DNA of 64,000 bases from positions 1-64,000 of the forward strand of contig JBEKCB010000009.1 of assembly GCA_050015075.1 (NCBI GenBank), in the 5' to 3' direction. The notes under the pieces are model-generated. The model made no database searches and was not told where the DNA came from. It saw only the letters and a program-made list of their open reading frames with translations. Both the position numbers and the translations under genes were made by a program. Shown here in pieces: positions 9,673 to 18,608 of this stretch. Each line of letters begins with the position of its first letter. The first letter of the stretch is position 1. This DNA is from Candidatus Brocadiia bacterium (lineage in GTDB: Bacteria; Planctomycetota; Brocadiia; CAIUPP01).

Positions 9673-10617
9673 CTATCTCTCGAACGGCAATTGCTCGAAC
9701 CGCAGGATCTCGAGTCCTTCCGGCCCGCGCTGAACGACCTGGCGCAGCTTGCACTTGATCTCGGGGTCGTCCACGAGATAGCCCTGCGCGGTGATCGAGA
9801 AGTGGGTCGAGGAGGTCGTCAGCCACTTCTCGTCTATTCCTCCGAGGTAGGGGCCGGCGTCGCCGAGAGTTTTGAAGGCGCCCATATCGGCGGGGCCGCC
9901 CGTGCCTTTTCTGAACTCCTCGATTTTCTTCACGTTCCCCTCGTCGATGCCCAGGCTCGCGAGCACGGCGCGCGGGGCGGTGTTGATGTTGACCTTGCCG
10001 TCGCCCCAGACGGTGAGGAGGCTCTCGCGCTCTTTCGTCAGGAAGTTCGGCGGCGCGGCCTTGAGATGAGTCAGCTCGGACAGCATGAGGAAGGGCCTCT
10101 GCTGCCGGCGCTCCACGATGGAGTTGACGAAGTCCTCCGAGAAAGCCGGGTCCAGGCGGCGCAACGCGGCCGGGTCGGCTTTGTTGATGTTGAGCTTGCT
10201 CTCCTCGTCGGCGATGCCGATGCGCTCCTGGCCGCTGTCCACGTCGAAGTAAGCGACCTTGTAAAGGCCGACGGCGTGGCCCTCGTTGCCGCCGAGCAGG
10301 GTTTCGCGCAACTCCGCATTCTGGCTGGAATGCCACGCGTCGCCGAGCCCTTCGTAGCCGGGCGACTTGGCCGCCAGAAGTTGATTCACACCGGCCTCGA
10401 TGCCGGCGCGCGCGATGTAGAACGCCGTGACTTGCATGTGCCGGCCGTTGGAGATCCTCGACTCGGTCAACAGCTCAATCGAAACCGTGCCCATGACCGC
10501 GGTCAGAAAACCCAGCAGGACCAACGCGACGATCAGGGACTGTCCGGCCGCGCGGGATTGCCGGAACCGGTCGAAGCGCCTCGGACCGTGCACAGCATTC
10601 TGCGCACTCTTGGTCAT
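9673..10617 (-). CDS. GspK-like minor pseudopilin
   Basis: G-SLIVALVLL N-terminal helix; DEESKLNIN, GKVNINTAP motifs. Confidence 0.8.
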   Translation of the reverse strand: MTKSAQNAVHGPRRFDRFRQSRAAGQSLIVALVLLGFLTAVMGTVSIELLTESRISNGRHMQVTAFYIARAGIEAGVNQLLAAKSPGYEGLGDAWHSSQNAELRETLLGGNEGHAVGLYKVAYFDVDSGQERIGIADEESKLNINKADPAALRRLDPAFSEDFVNSIVERRQQRPFLMLSELTHLKAAPPNFLTKERESLLTVWGDGKVNINTAPRAVLASLGIDEGNVKKIEEFRKGTGGPADMGAFKTLGDAGPYLGGIDEKWLTTSSTHFSITAQGYLVDDPEIKCKLRQVVQRGPEGLEILRFEQLPFER

Positions 10618-11354
10618 TGCGGTATCCTCGAACCTGTGGGCAGGTACACAAGCGTGGAGTACTGGTTCATGACCGGCAGCTTGATCTGGCGCGACGGCCG
10701 CACGAGCGTGCTGACGCTGATGCGCACCGCGCGCGGCATGGTCTTCGCATCCGTCCATTCCGGGCGCCACTGGCTCTGGGCGTCAAGGTACTGGAACCCG
10801 AGCGAGACGAAACCGACCGAACTGGCCGGGTCCGACGGCTCGATCACCGTGGTCTCGACCTGGTCCGGCGAAGCGCCCAACAGCGCCGCGCGCCGCACGA
10901 TGTGGACCACATTTTTCTTCGGGTCGCGTTCGAGGGAATACTCGATCATGCCCGGCGCCGGCGGCTGGCTGGGCGACACGACGCGCAGGGTGCAAAACCG
11001 AATCGTGTCCTTGGAAACGGTCAACTGGCGCCCCTCGAAATCTTTAATGCTGACGTCCGGCCAGCCGGCGGTGGAGACCATGTCGAGCAGTTTCGCCGAG
11101 CCGCTCGCGCCGCGCCACTCCGCGCCTTCGCCCAACTGGCTCGGCGGCGTCGCTTCGCGCAATTCCCTGGTGAGCCTGTAGAGGAAAGTCCAGCCGTCGC
11201 GGCCCGAGGCGGACTGCTCCTGCTGTAACTGGGCGATCTGCTGAGCCGAGGTCAGCAGGCCGAAGCCCATGCCCACGACGACGGCCGTCAACACGACGGT
11301 GAGCATGATCTCGATCAGCGTGAATCCTGCGGCGCGGCGTCTGGTGATGTTCAT
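10614..11354 (-). CDS. Prepilin-type pseudopilin (GspJ-like)
   Basis: RRRAAG|FTLIE cleavage/methylation motif; C-terminal W..W..PRAVRI. Confidence 0.8.
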   Translation of the reverse strand: MNITRRRAAGFTLIEIMLTVVLTAVVVGMGFGLLTSAQQIAQLQQEQSASGRDGWTFLYRLTRELREATPPSQLGEGAEWRGASGSAKLLDMVSTAGWPDVSIKDFEGRQLTVSKDTIRFCTLRVVSPSQPPAPGMIEYSLERDPKKNVVHIVRRAALLGASPDQVETTVIEPSDPASSVGFVSLGFQYLDAQSQWRPEWTDAKTMPRAVRISVSTLVRPSRQIKLPVMNQYSTLVYLPTGSRIPQ

Positions 11355-11914
11355 TGGGTCACCCCCTCGAGCCGGTTCGGCTCCGCGGCGGCGGTCGCCT
11401 GCGGCTTTGCCGGCACGGCCAGCGTCGTCCACAGCTCGCGCTTTCCGCCGGCGCCCTCGACTCCGCTGCGCAGCCAGCGAAGCGTCACACTGATCTTTTT
11501 CAGGCCGGGATGATCCTTCATATCCTCGATCCGCCAGGTCCATCGGAAAGCGGCCAGCTCGGGACGCGGATGATCGAGTTCATCGAAGCCGTACAGCTCG
11601 GTCTTCCGGTCGTACACGAACGACTTCTTCGCCGCCGCTTCCCATGCGGCCAGATCGCTGCGATGCGCCAGCAGGTCCTCCATCCGCGACTGCGCGAGCA
11701 GCGTGGCCTCCGCGCGGCGGCGCGAGAAGGCCGACTCGTGCATCGCCCAGGACATGAGCTGCGCGAGAACGGTCATGGCGACGGCGAGGATGGCGAACGC
11801 GACGAGCGTTTCGACGAGACTGATGCCACGGCGGGAAATCGGCGGGCGGATTCGAGAGCCGCATACGAGATGTCTTTGGGGCGTCCCTGCGCCGCGCCTC
11901 GCGGTTCCGTGCAT
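11351..11914 (-). CDS. Prepilin-type pseudopilin (GspI/PilV-like)
   Basis: RRG|ISLVE motif; LAQSRMEDL; GGAGG RBS before ATG 11914. Confidence 0.75.
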   Translation of the reverse strand: MHGTARRGAGTPQRHLVCGSRIRPPISRRGISLVETLVAFAILAVAMTVLAQLMSWAMHESAFSRRRAEATLLAQSRMEDLLAHRSDLAAWEAAAKKSFVYDRKTELYGFDELDHPRPELAAFRWTWRIEDMKDHPGLKKISVTLRWLRSGVEGAGGKRELWTTLAVPAKPQATAAAEPNRLEGVTQ

Positions 11915-11946
11915 TGGCGACCTCCAGACGAGCTTGACCCACGTGC

Positions 11947-11962
11947 TGCCGGATGCGTGCCA
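11947..11962 (-). promoter_or_regulatory. sigma54 promoter candidate for the pseudopilin operon
   Basis: Minus strand TGGCACGCATCCGGCA: perfect -24 box, GG-N10-GC spacing, imperfect -12 box. Confidence 0.45.
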
Positions 11963-12103
11963 AAGTCGAACGGCTGCTGCGACGCGACTTTGAACTTTTT
12001 CGCTGCCCTTGGCGAGCAGTATAAGCACAATCGGCAGGCGATGTCAACTATTAAGCTGATTTATTGCGGTGCAAAATGTGTTAGGGTGCCGGCTTCCGAT
12101 TTT

Positions 12104-12883
12104 TCACCGCAGGAGCAGACAGGCCGCCAGCGCAACCGCGGCGGTTTCGACGCGCAGGATCCGCGGCCCCAGCGAAACGGCGGCGCAGCCGGCCTGCGCG
12201 GCCAGGTCCATTTCCTCGGGCGTAAAGCCGCCCTCCGGACCGATGAACGCCGTGACGCCCTGTCCGGGTTGCAGCCCGGCGGCGAACTCGGCAAGCCCCG
12301 GCCCGCCCGGCGCCGGCGAAGCGATCATGCGGACGGCTTGCTCACGCGTCAGCAGCGCCGACTCGAACGGCAACACGGCCGTGATCTCCATCAGCCGCGT
12401 GCGGCCGCACTGCTTCGACGCCTCCAGCGCGATCCGCCGCCAGCGCACGAGATGGTTCTCCTGCCGCTCCAGCGGATCCACGACGCTGCGCCGCGCCACC
12501 ATCGGCACGAAGCGGCTGACGCCGATCTCGCAGCATTTCTCGATCAGGAAATCCATGCGCGTGGCGCGCGGCAGCGAGCAGGCGATCGTGAGCTTCCGCG
12601 GCGCTTCGACGTCCACGCTCTCGACGCTGAGGACTTGCAGCGTCGCCTCGCCGCGCCGGCCCTGGAGCAGCCGCGCGCAGGCCACCGCCCCGCTGCCGTC
12701 GAAGAGGCTCACTTCCTCGCCGACGCGGACGCGCACCACGTTCAGCAGGTGGTGCGCCTCGTCGCCGCGCAGCGTGAACGCCGCGCCCGGCTGGGGCAGC
12801 GACTCGGTGAAAAACCGTCGTAGCGCGCGCGCGATGGCGAGTTCCTCCACGGGGTCGTCCGGCGTCGGAGGTATTGTTACCAT
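12104..12883 (-). CDS. rsmE: 16S rRNA m3U1498 methyltransferase
   Basis: HHLLNVVR, EKCCEIGV, EASKQCGR, IGPEGGF, SLGPRILRVETA. Confidence 0.93.
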   Translation of the reverse strand: MVTIPPTPDDPVEELAIARALRRFFTESLPQPGAAFTLRGDEAHHLLNVVRVRVGEEVSLFDGSGAVACARLLQGRRGEATLQVLSVESVDVEAPRKLTIACSLPRATRMDFLIEKCCEIGVSRFVPMVARRSVVDPLERQENHLVRWRRIALEASKQCGRTRLMEITAVLPFESALLTREQAVRMIASPAPGGPGLAEFAAGLQPGQGVTAFIGPEGGFTPEEMDLAAQAGCAAVSLGPRILRVETAAVALAACLLLR

Positions 12884-12975
12884 GCCCGGCGCGCCGTATC
12901 AAGCGCTGATCGGATGACCGGACGCGGCGGAGTTGCTAGAATGGAGGCGCAGCACGAATCTTCAGGAGGCGCGCA

Positions 12976-13872
12976 ATGGCAGCGGACAAGAGTGCGCGGG
13001 ATGCCGCGCGCGGGACGACGGATGAATCGGCGAAGAAACTGGAGTCTCTTCGCGCCCTGTTGCGATCGCTGGAGTCGGCGTTGATCGCGTTCAGCGGCGG
13101 CGTGGACAGCACGTTCCTGGCGAAGGTGGCGCACGACGAACTCGGCGAGCGGGTCGTCGCGGTGACGGCGCGCTCGGAGACTTATCCGGAGCGCGAGTAC
13201 GACGAGGCGACGGCGCTCGCAAAGCGGATCGGCATCCGGCACCTGGCCATCGAGACGGAGGAACTCTCGCTGGAGGGATTCCGGAAGAATCCGCCCGACC
13301 GCTGCTATCATTGCAAGCGGGAGCTTTTCGGCAAGCTCCGCGCGCTGGCGCAGGAGTTGGGCCTGCGGCACGTGCTCGACGGCTCGAACGCGGACGACAC
13401 CGGAGATTTCCGCCCCGGCGCGCGCGCGGCGGCGGAGCTGGGCGTTCGCAGTCCGCTCCAGGAGGCCGGCTTCACGAAGGAGGAGGTGCGCCTGGCGTCG
13501 CGGGCGCTCGGCCTGCCGACATGGAACAAGCCGTCGTACGCGTGCCTCTCGTCGCGCTTCCCCTACGGCGAGACGATCACGGCGGAGAACGTCGGCCGCG
13601 TGGACAAGGCGGAGGCGTTCGTGCGGACGCTCGGCGTGCGGCAGGTGCGCGTGCGCCATCACGGCGACACCGCGCGCATCGAAGTTCCGCCGGAGCAGAT
13701 CGCGCTGCTGGCCGCGGACGAAGCGCGCGCGCAGGTCGTCGCGCGGTTCAAGGAACTCGGCTATACGTACGTCACGCTCGACCTGCAGGGATACCGCACC
13801 GGCAGCATGAACGAGACGCTCGGCGAGGCCGTCGTCGCATCGTTCAAGCCCAAGGGGCGCGGCCATGCCTGA
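12976..13872 (+). CDS. larE: LarE-family ATP-dependent sulfur transferase (PP-loop)
   Basis: AFSGGVDS, RCYHCK, DGSNADD..RPG, KPSYACLSSRFPYG, RVRHHG..ARIE, GYRTGSMN. Confidence 0.9.
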   Translation: MAADKSARDAARGTTDESAKKLESLRALLRSLESALIAFSGGVDSTFLAKVAHDELGERVVAVTARSETYPEREYDEATALAKRIGIRHLAIETEELSLEGFRKNPPDRCYHCKRELFGKLRALAQELGLRHVLDGSNADDTGDFRPGARAAAELGVRSPLQEAGFTKEEVRLASRALGLPTWNKPSYACLSSRFPYGETITAENVGRVDKAEAFVRTLGVRQVRVRHHGDTARIEVPPEQIALLAADEARAQVVARFKELGYTYVTLDLQGYRTGSMNETLGEAVVASFKPKGRGHA

Positions 13873-14620
13873 AGGACCGGTGGACCCGCGGCATCTCGGC
13901 GAGGAATTCCAGGAGCGCACGAAATATCACCGCGAGTCGCCCGGCGGCGGCGCGCGGTGGCAGCGTCCGTTCCCGTCGCCGAAGGTCTATCCGCCGGCTC
14001 ATCCGCGCACGCCGCTGCCGCCTCCGCAAGCGACCGGCGGCGCGGGATTATGGGACGCCATTCGCGCGCGGCGCTCCGTCCGCTCGTTCGGCGCGCGCGA
14101 AGTCGCGCTGAGCGAACTATCGCAGTTGCTGTGGGCCGGGCAAGGGATCACCTGGGAAAAGGACGGCATGCAGTTCCGCGCCGCGCCGTCGGCCGGGGCG
14201 CTCTATCCGATCGAGACCTACGCGGCGGCGCGCAAGGTGCATTCCCTGCCGCCGGGCCTCTATCATTATGAGGTGGAAGGCCGCAGCCTGGCGCTGGTCC
14301 AGCCGGGCGACCTTGGCCTGGAATGCGCTCGCGCGGCGCTCGGGCAGGAGATGTGCGCGGAGGCGGCGCTGCTGCTCATCTGGACCGCCGTCGTCGGGCG
14401 GTCGGCGCGCAAGTACGCCCAGCGCGCGTATCGGTACATCTATCTCGATGCCGGGCACTTGGCGCAGAACGTGGCGCTGGCGTGCGTGGCGCTGGACCTG
14501 GGCTGCTGCATGGTCGGCGCACTCTTCGATGACGAGCTGAACGCGATCCTCGGCGTGGACGGGCACGACGAGACGGTGCTGTACATGGCCGCCATCGGCC
14601 CGATCCCTTCATCGGACTGA
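13865..14620 (+). CDS. SagB/ThcOx-family nitroreductase-fold dehydrogenase
   Basis: RRSVRSF, LSQLLWAGQG, RAAPSAGALYP, KYAQRAYRYIYLDAGH. Confidence 0.88.
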   Translation: MPEGPVDPRHLGEEFQERTKYHRESPGGGARWQRPFPSPKVYPPAHPRTPLPPPQATGGAGLWDAIRARRSVRSFGAREVALSELSQLLWAGQGITWEKDGMQFRAAPSAGALYPIETYAAARKVHSLPPGLYHYEVEGRSLALVQPGDLGLECARAALGQEMCAEAALLLIWTAVVGRSARKYAQRAYRYIYLDAGHLAQNVALACVALDLGCCMVGALFDDELNAILGVDGHDETVLYMAAIGPIPSSD

Positions 14621-14631
14621 TCGAGGGAGCC

Positions 14632-15417
14632 ATGAAATCCCGAATCCTGCAGAGTGCGTTCGAGCGGCTGGGCGCGTTGTACGGAATCCCGAAATGGGAG
14701 CGGTCGGGGCCGGCGCTCGACGAGTTGATCGAGACGGTGCTCTCGCAGAACACGAACGACCGGAATTCCAGCGAGGGCTTCCGCCGGCTCAAGGCGGCCT
14801 TTCCGAACTGGGAAGCGGTCGAGAAAGCTCCGGCGCGGCGGGTGGCGGCGGCCATCCGCGTGAGCGGGCTCTCGAACACCAAGTCCGTGCGCATCCAGAA
14901 GATGCTGCAGCGCCTCCGGAAGGAACGCGGCGCGTATTCGCTGGAGTTCCTGAAGAACGCCGACCCGACCGCGGCGCGGGAGTACCTGCTCGCGATTCCC
15001 GGCGTCGGGCCGAAGACGGCGGCGTGCGTGCTGCTCTTCTCGTTCGGCAAGCCGGTGTTCCCGGTGGACACGCATATTCACCGCGTCACGCAGCGGCTGG
15101 GCATCCTGGGCCCGAAGGTCAACGCGGTCGAAGCGCACCGGCTGTTGCAGGCGATGGTCCCGGCGGAGATCGTCTACCCGCTGCACCTGCTCCTGATCCG
15201 GCACGGTCGCGAGACGTGCCACGCGCGGAACCCGGACTGCGCGCACTGCGTGCTGCTCTCGCTGTGCCCGACGGGAAAGGCGCGGCTGCGGGAAGCGCTC
15301 ACGGCGCGTTCGTCCTCGGAGGAGAAGCCCCGGCATCCGGCCGCGGCGCGGCGCGGCGCGGCTACTCCGCCGGCGGCGCCAGGCGCGATTCGCCGCCGAA
15401 AACCCCGGCGACGGTGA
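14632..15417 (+). CDS. nth: Endonuclease III family DNA glycosylase
   Basis: LSQNTND, HhH motif IPGVGPKTA, PVDTH, 4Fe-4S motif C-x6-C-x2-C-x5-C. Confidence 0.88.
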   Translation: MKSRILQSAFERLGALYGIPKWERSGPALDELIETVLSQNTNDRNSSEGFRRLKAAFPNWEAVEKAPARRVAAAIRVSGLSNTKSVRIQKMLQRLRKERGAYSLEFLKNADPTAAREYLLAIPGVGPKTAACVLLFSFGKPVFPVDTHIHRVTQRLGILGPKVNAVEAHRLLQAMVPAEIVYPLHLLLIRHGRETCHARNPDCAHCVLLSLCPTGKARLREALTARSSSEEKPRHPAAARRGAATPPAAPGAIRRRKPRRR

Positions 15418-16282
15418 GGATGTCCTTGAGCATGGCGTCCACCGTCGGATAACGGTCGTCGCGCTCGCGCGCCATGCCGCGGAGGAGGATGTGCTCGAGC
15501 GCGATGGAGATGTTCCGGTTGCGCTCGCGCGGGTTGGCCGGGTCGCGGTTCAGGTGCAGGGCCAGCTTGCGGCCCTTGTCCGGATCGTCCGGGAACGGCC
15601 GCGTGCCGGTGAGGACTTCGAACATGCTCACGCTGAAGGCATACACGTCCGTCCGCGCGTCCACCTTCTGCCCGCGCACCTGCTCCGGCGCCATGTAGGC
15701 CGCCGTGCCGGAGCGATCGTAGCGCCACTTGTCCTTCAGGTGCGCCGGGATCGCCAGGCCGAAGTCAATGATCTTCGGCGTGCCGTCCTCCGTCAGCAGG
15801 ATGTTCTTCGGGCAGAAATCGCGGTGAACCAGGCCGTGCTTGTGGATGTAGGCCAGTCCGCGCGCGATCTGGATTGAGATCTGCAGGCCGTGCTCCGAGA
15901 TGCGCGGGTTGTGCTGGTCTATGAGCTGCTTGAGGTTCGGTCCTTCAATGAACTCCATCACGATGTAATACTCGTGGCCCTTGTGCCCGTAGTCGTAGGT
16001 GCGGATCACGTTCGGATGCCGCAGCGTGAGGGCGATTTCGCCCTCGGAGCCTTTCTCGAACGCCTCATCCAGTTGCGCGGCGAGCTGGGTGAACTTGGGC
16101 GTGATGACCTTGATGGCCACCCTCGCGTTGTCGGCGTTGCGGGTGGCCTCGTAGACCACCGACATGCCGCCCTGCGCGACCTCGCGGACGATGTGGTAGT
16201 TGACCGGGCTGCTGCGGCTGTGCCCGAGTACGCCCAGTACCCAGTCTTTTCGCAAGAGAGCTTCCTTATTTCCGATGTTCAA
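15362..16282 (-). CDS. Hanks-type Ser/Thr protein kinase (kinase domain only)
   Basis: GGMSVVY, VAIK, HRDFCPKN, IDFG, GTAAYMAPE, DVYAF; 3' end overlaps nth. Confidence 0.9.
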   Translation of the reverse strand: MNIGNKEALLRKDWVLGVLGHSRSSPVNYHIVREVAQGGMSVVYEATRNADNARVAIKVITPKFTQLAAQLDEAFEKGSEGEIALTLRHPNVIRTYDYGHKGHEYYIVMEFIEGPNLKQLIDQHNPRISEHGLQISIQIARGLAYIHKHGLVHRDFCPKNILLTEDGTPKIIDFGLAIPAHLKDKWRYDRSGTAAYMAPEQVRGQKVDARTDVYAFSVSMFEVLTGTRPFPDDPDKGRKLALHLNRDPANPRERNRNISIALEHILLRGMARERDDRYPTVDAMLKDILTVAGVFGGESRLAPPAE

Positions 16283-16341
16283 TCAGCCACCGGTACTAAG
16301 CATTCGACAATCGGCATTCTGCGATCGGCATTTAAAGTGAC

Positions 16342-16710
16342 TTACTCTTTCAGCGCGGCGGCGATGAGGTCCCAGCCTTTCGGCGTGAGTTCCAGGAACT
16401 CCGCGCCGATGACATGCGTGTAATTCTCGATGCCGACCTTCTTCTCCTCGCGCGTCCAGCGGACTTCCACTTTCACCTTCACCGTCTCGCGCATGTTCGG
16501 AAAACGCAGCGTCATGTAGAGCGCGTCGCCGTGCTGCAGCGGCTCCGTCGTGCGGAACTGCACGCCGTTCTTGCTCACGTCCACCATCGGCCCGCGCTGC
16601 ACGTCGGGCTTGAACAGGCGCGAGAGCCGCGTCCCGGCTTTCGAGTACTCCACGTAAGCCCGGTGAATCGGCTTGCGAGGATATTTTCTTTCCGCCTGTT
16701 CTCGGCCCAT
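16342..16710 (-). CDS. Stand-alone PilZ domain protein
   Basis: ERKYPR (RxxxR) and DVSKNG (DxSxxG); VRW..IGAEF. Confidence 0.8.
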   Translation of the reverse strand: MGREQAERKYPRKPIHRAYVEYSKAGTRLSRLFKPDVQRGPMVDVSKNGVQFRTTEPLQHGDALYMTLRFPNMRETVKVKVEVRWTREEKKVGIENYTHVIGAEFLELTPKGWDLIAAALKE

Positions 16711-16901
16711 CAGGAGCGCTTCCTCGATCCGCATTCTGTTCGTAGAACATGCCGAAGCAATTATAGCGGTGCGCAGAAGCGAAAACAAGATTGCGTTTCT
16801 CCGCCGGCCGTGCCCTGCCGGTTGCATGCTGAAATAGCTTTCGATAACATGCTTCGTCCGAACCGGGCCTCGTCCGCGCCACGCAGAAACCGGGAGAACT
16901 C

Positions 16902-17639
16902 ATGAACAGACCGAGACGCGTCTTTCATTTCCAGCGGCAGGAGGAGGCGACGCCCCAGGCATTGCGCGGCGCCACGGTGGTGGTGATTGACGTCCTCCGC
17001 GCCACCTCGACGATGACCGCCGCGCTGGCCGCCGGCGCGCGCGAGGTCCGATGCTTCCCCTCCGTGGCCGCGGCCCGCCGCGCGCGCCGAACGGCGGCGG
17101 GACGGACGGGTCTTCTCTGCGGTGAGCGCAACGGCCGCAAGGTCCCGGGATTCGACCTCGGGAATTCGCCGGGCGATTTCACGCCGGAACGCTGCGCCGG
17201 GCGGACGCTGCTGATGACGACCACCAACGGCACGCGAGCGCTCGGGCGCACGCTGCAGGCGCGCGAGGTGGTCATCGGATGTTTCCTCAACCTGTCGGCC
17301 GTCGCGGAGTATCTGGCGGTCGGGCGCGGCGACGTCGCGCTCCTCTGCGCGGGCACCGAGGGCGAAGTCTCCGCGGAAGATGTCGCCTTTGCCGGAGCGC
17401 TCGCCGAGGAGATCGCCGGGAACCGCCTTGCGCTGACCGAGTCCGCGCAGGAGGCGGTGCGGGTGTGGCGCGCGGCGCGCCGCTCGCTCACGAAATTCCT
17501 GGCCGGCTCGCGAGGCGGCGTCCCGCTCGTGAAGATCGGCCTGGGGCGCGACATCCGCTTCTGCGCCCGCCGGAACCGGTTCGACGTGGTCCCGCGCGTG
17601 GTCGGCCGCGGCCAGGGAGTCCGCGTCGCGGCCTGCTGA
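16902..17639 (+). CDS. comB: 2-phosphosulfolactate phosphatase family
   Basis: VVIDVLRATST, GER.G..FDLGNSP, TTTNGT, ED..AG. Confidence 0.88.
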   Translation: MNRPRRVFHFQRQEEATPQALRGATVVVIDVLRATSTMTAALAAGAREVRCFPSVAAARRARRTAAGRTGLLCGERNGRKVPGFDLGNSPGDFTPERCAGRTLLMTTTNGTRALGRTLQAREVVIGCFLNLSAVAEYLAVGRGDVALLCAGTEGEVSAEDVAFAGALAEEIAGNRLALTESAQEAVRVWRAARRSLTKFLAGSRGGVPLVKIGLGRDIRFCARRNRFDVVPRVVGRGQGVRVAAC

Positions 17640-17725
17640 ACGCGTGGCTTGCGGAGCGGTTTTGCAAACGGTAAGATGTCGCCGCCTGGCGAACCGGCGA
17701 AGTCTCACAAATAAAAGGAGGACGC

Positions 17726-18481
17726 ATGGCTCTGAACAATTGCTTCGCGCCCCACTGCGGCGCGGTGTCGCTGACCTTTGACGACGGCACGGCCAGCCAG
17801 CGCGAAAAGGCCATCCCCGAAATGGATAAGCGCGGATTGCGGGGCACGTTCTACCTCTGCCCGCAGGGCGACAATTGGCGGGAGACTTATGCGCCCTGGA
17901 AAGCCATCGCCCGGACCGGACACGAAATCGGCAACCACACGATGTCGCACACCTGCTCGAGCACCTTGGGCCTGGGCGGACCGCGCGGCCTCGAGGACCA
18001 GACGCTGCAGGAAGTGGAGGCCGACATCCTCGCCGCGCAGGAACGGCTTGTGGAAATCGCGCCGCGCCAGAAGGACTGGACGTTCTGCTACCCGTGCTAC
18101 ATGACCTTCGTCGGCCGCGGCAAGGGACGGCAGAGCTACGTGCCCGTCGTCGCGAAACATTTCCTGGCCGGCCGCGGCGGCGGCGAGTACGGCTTCGGAA
18201 ATCTTCCCGCCGTGGTGGACCTCGCCTGCTTTGCGGGGCTGGACATGGACCGCAGGAGCGGCTTCGAGATGATCGGCCTCGTCGAGGAACTGACCTCCAG
18301 GGGCCAGTGGGTTGTCTTCGTCTTTCACGTGATTGACGGCAGCCGGCTGACGGTCGGGAGCTACGATTTCAACATGCTGCTGAACTACCTCCATCGCCGG
18401 CGAGACGACATCTGGACGGCGCCCGCCGCCGAAGTCGCGCGAAAGATCGCCGACTTTCAGGCCTCCGCGCGGAAGGGCTGA
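17726..18481 (+). CDS. Polysaccharide deacetylase (CE4) family
   Basis: SLTFDDG, GHEIGNHTMSH, FCYP. Confidence 0.85.
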   Translation: MALNNCFAPHCGAVSLTFDDGTASQREKAIPEMDKRGLRGTFYLCPQGDNWRETYAPWKAIARTGHEIGNHTMSHTCSSTLGLGGPRGLEDQTLQEVEADILAAQERLVEIAPRQKDWTFCYPCYMTFVGRGKGRQSYVPVVAKHFLAGRGGGEYGFGNLPAVVDLACFAGLDMDRRSGFEMIGLVEELTSRGQWVVFVFHVIDGSRLTVGSYDFNMLLNYLHRRRDDIWTAPAAEVARKIADFQASARKG

Positions 18482-18608
18482 TTCGGCGCCGCGTCCGGCC
18501 GTCCTTCGAGCCTCCGCGCCGCGCCATCCGCCGGCCCGTTTGGCCCTTCCGGCCTGTTTCGGGTATGATAAAAGAGACGCCGGACGTCACCGAATCCCGA
18601 GGCGAAGC

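Noticed and set aside
7420-11181. 1253-aa plus-strand ORF and many other long overlapping ORFs (e.g. 77..1297, 4467..6125, 58304..60364)
   Set aside because: Antisense or alternate-frame shadows of real genes, expected at high GC; no motifs
13865-14620. RiPP (azole) biosynthetic cluster
   Set aside because: No YcaO, precursor peptide or transporter nearby; stand-alone SagB-like nitroreductases are common
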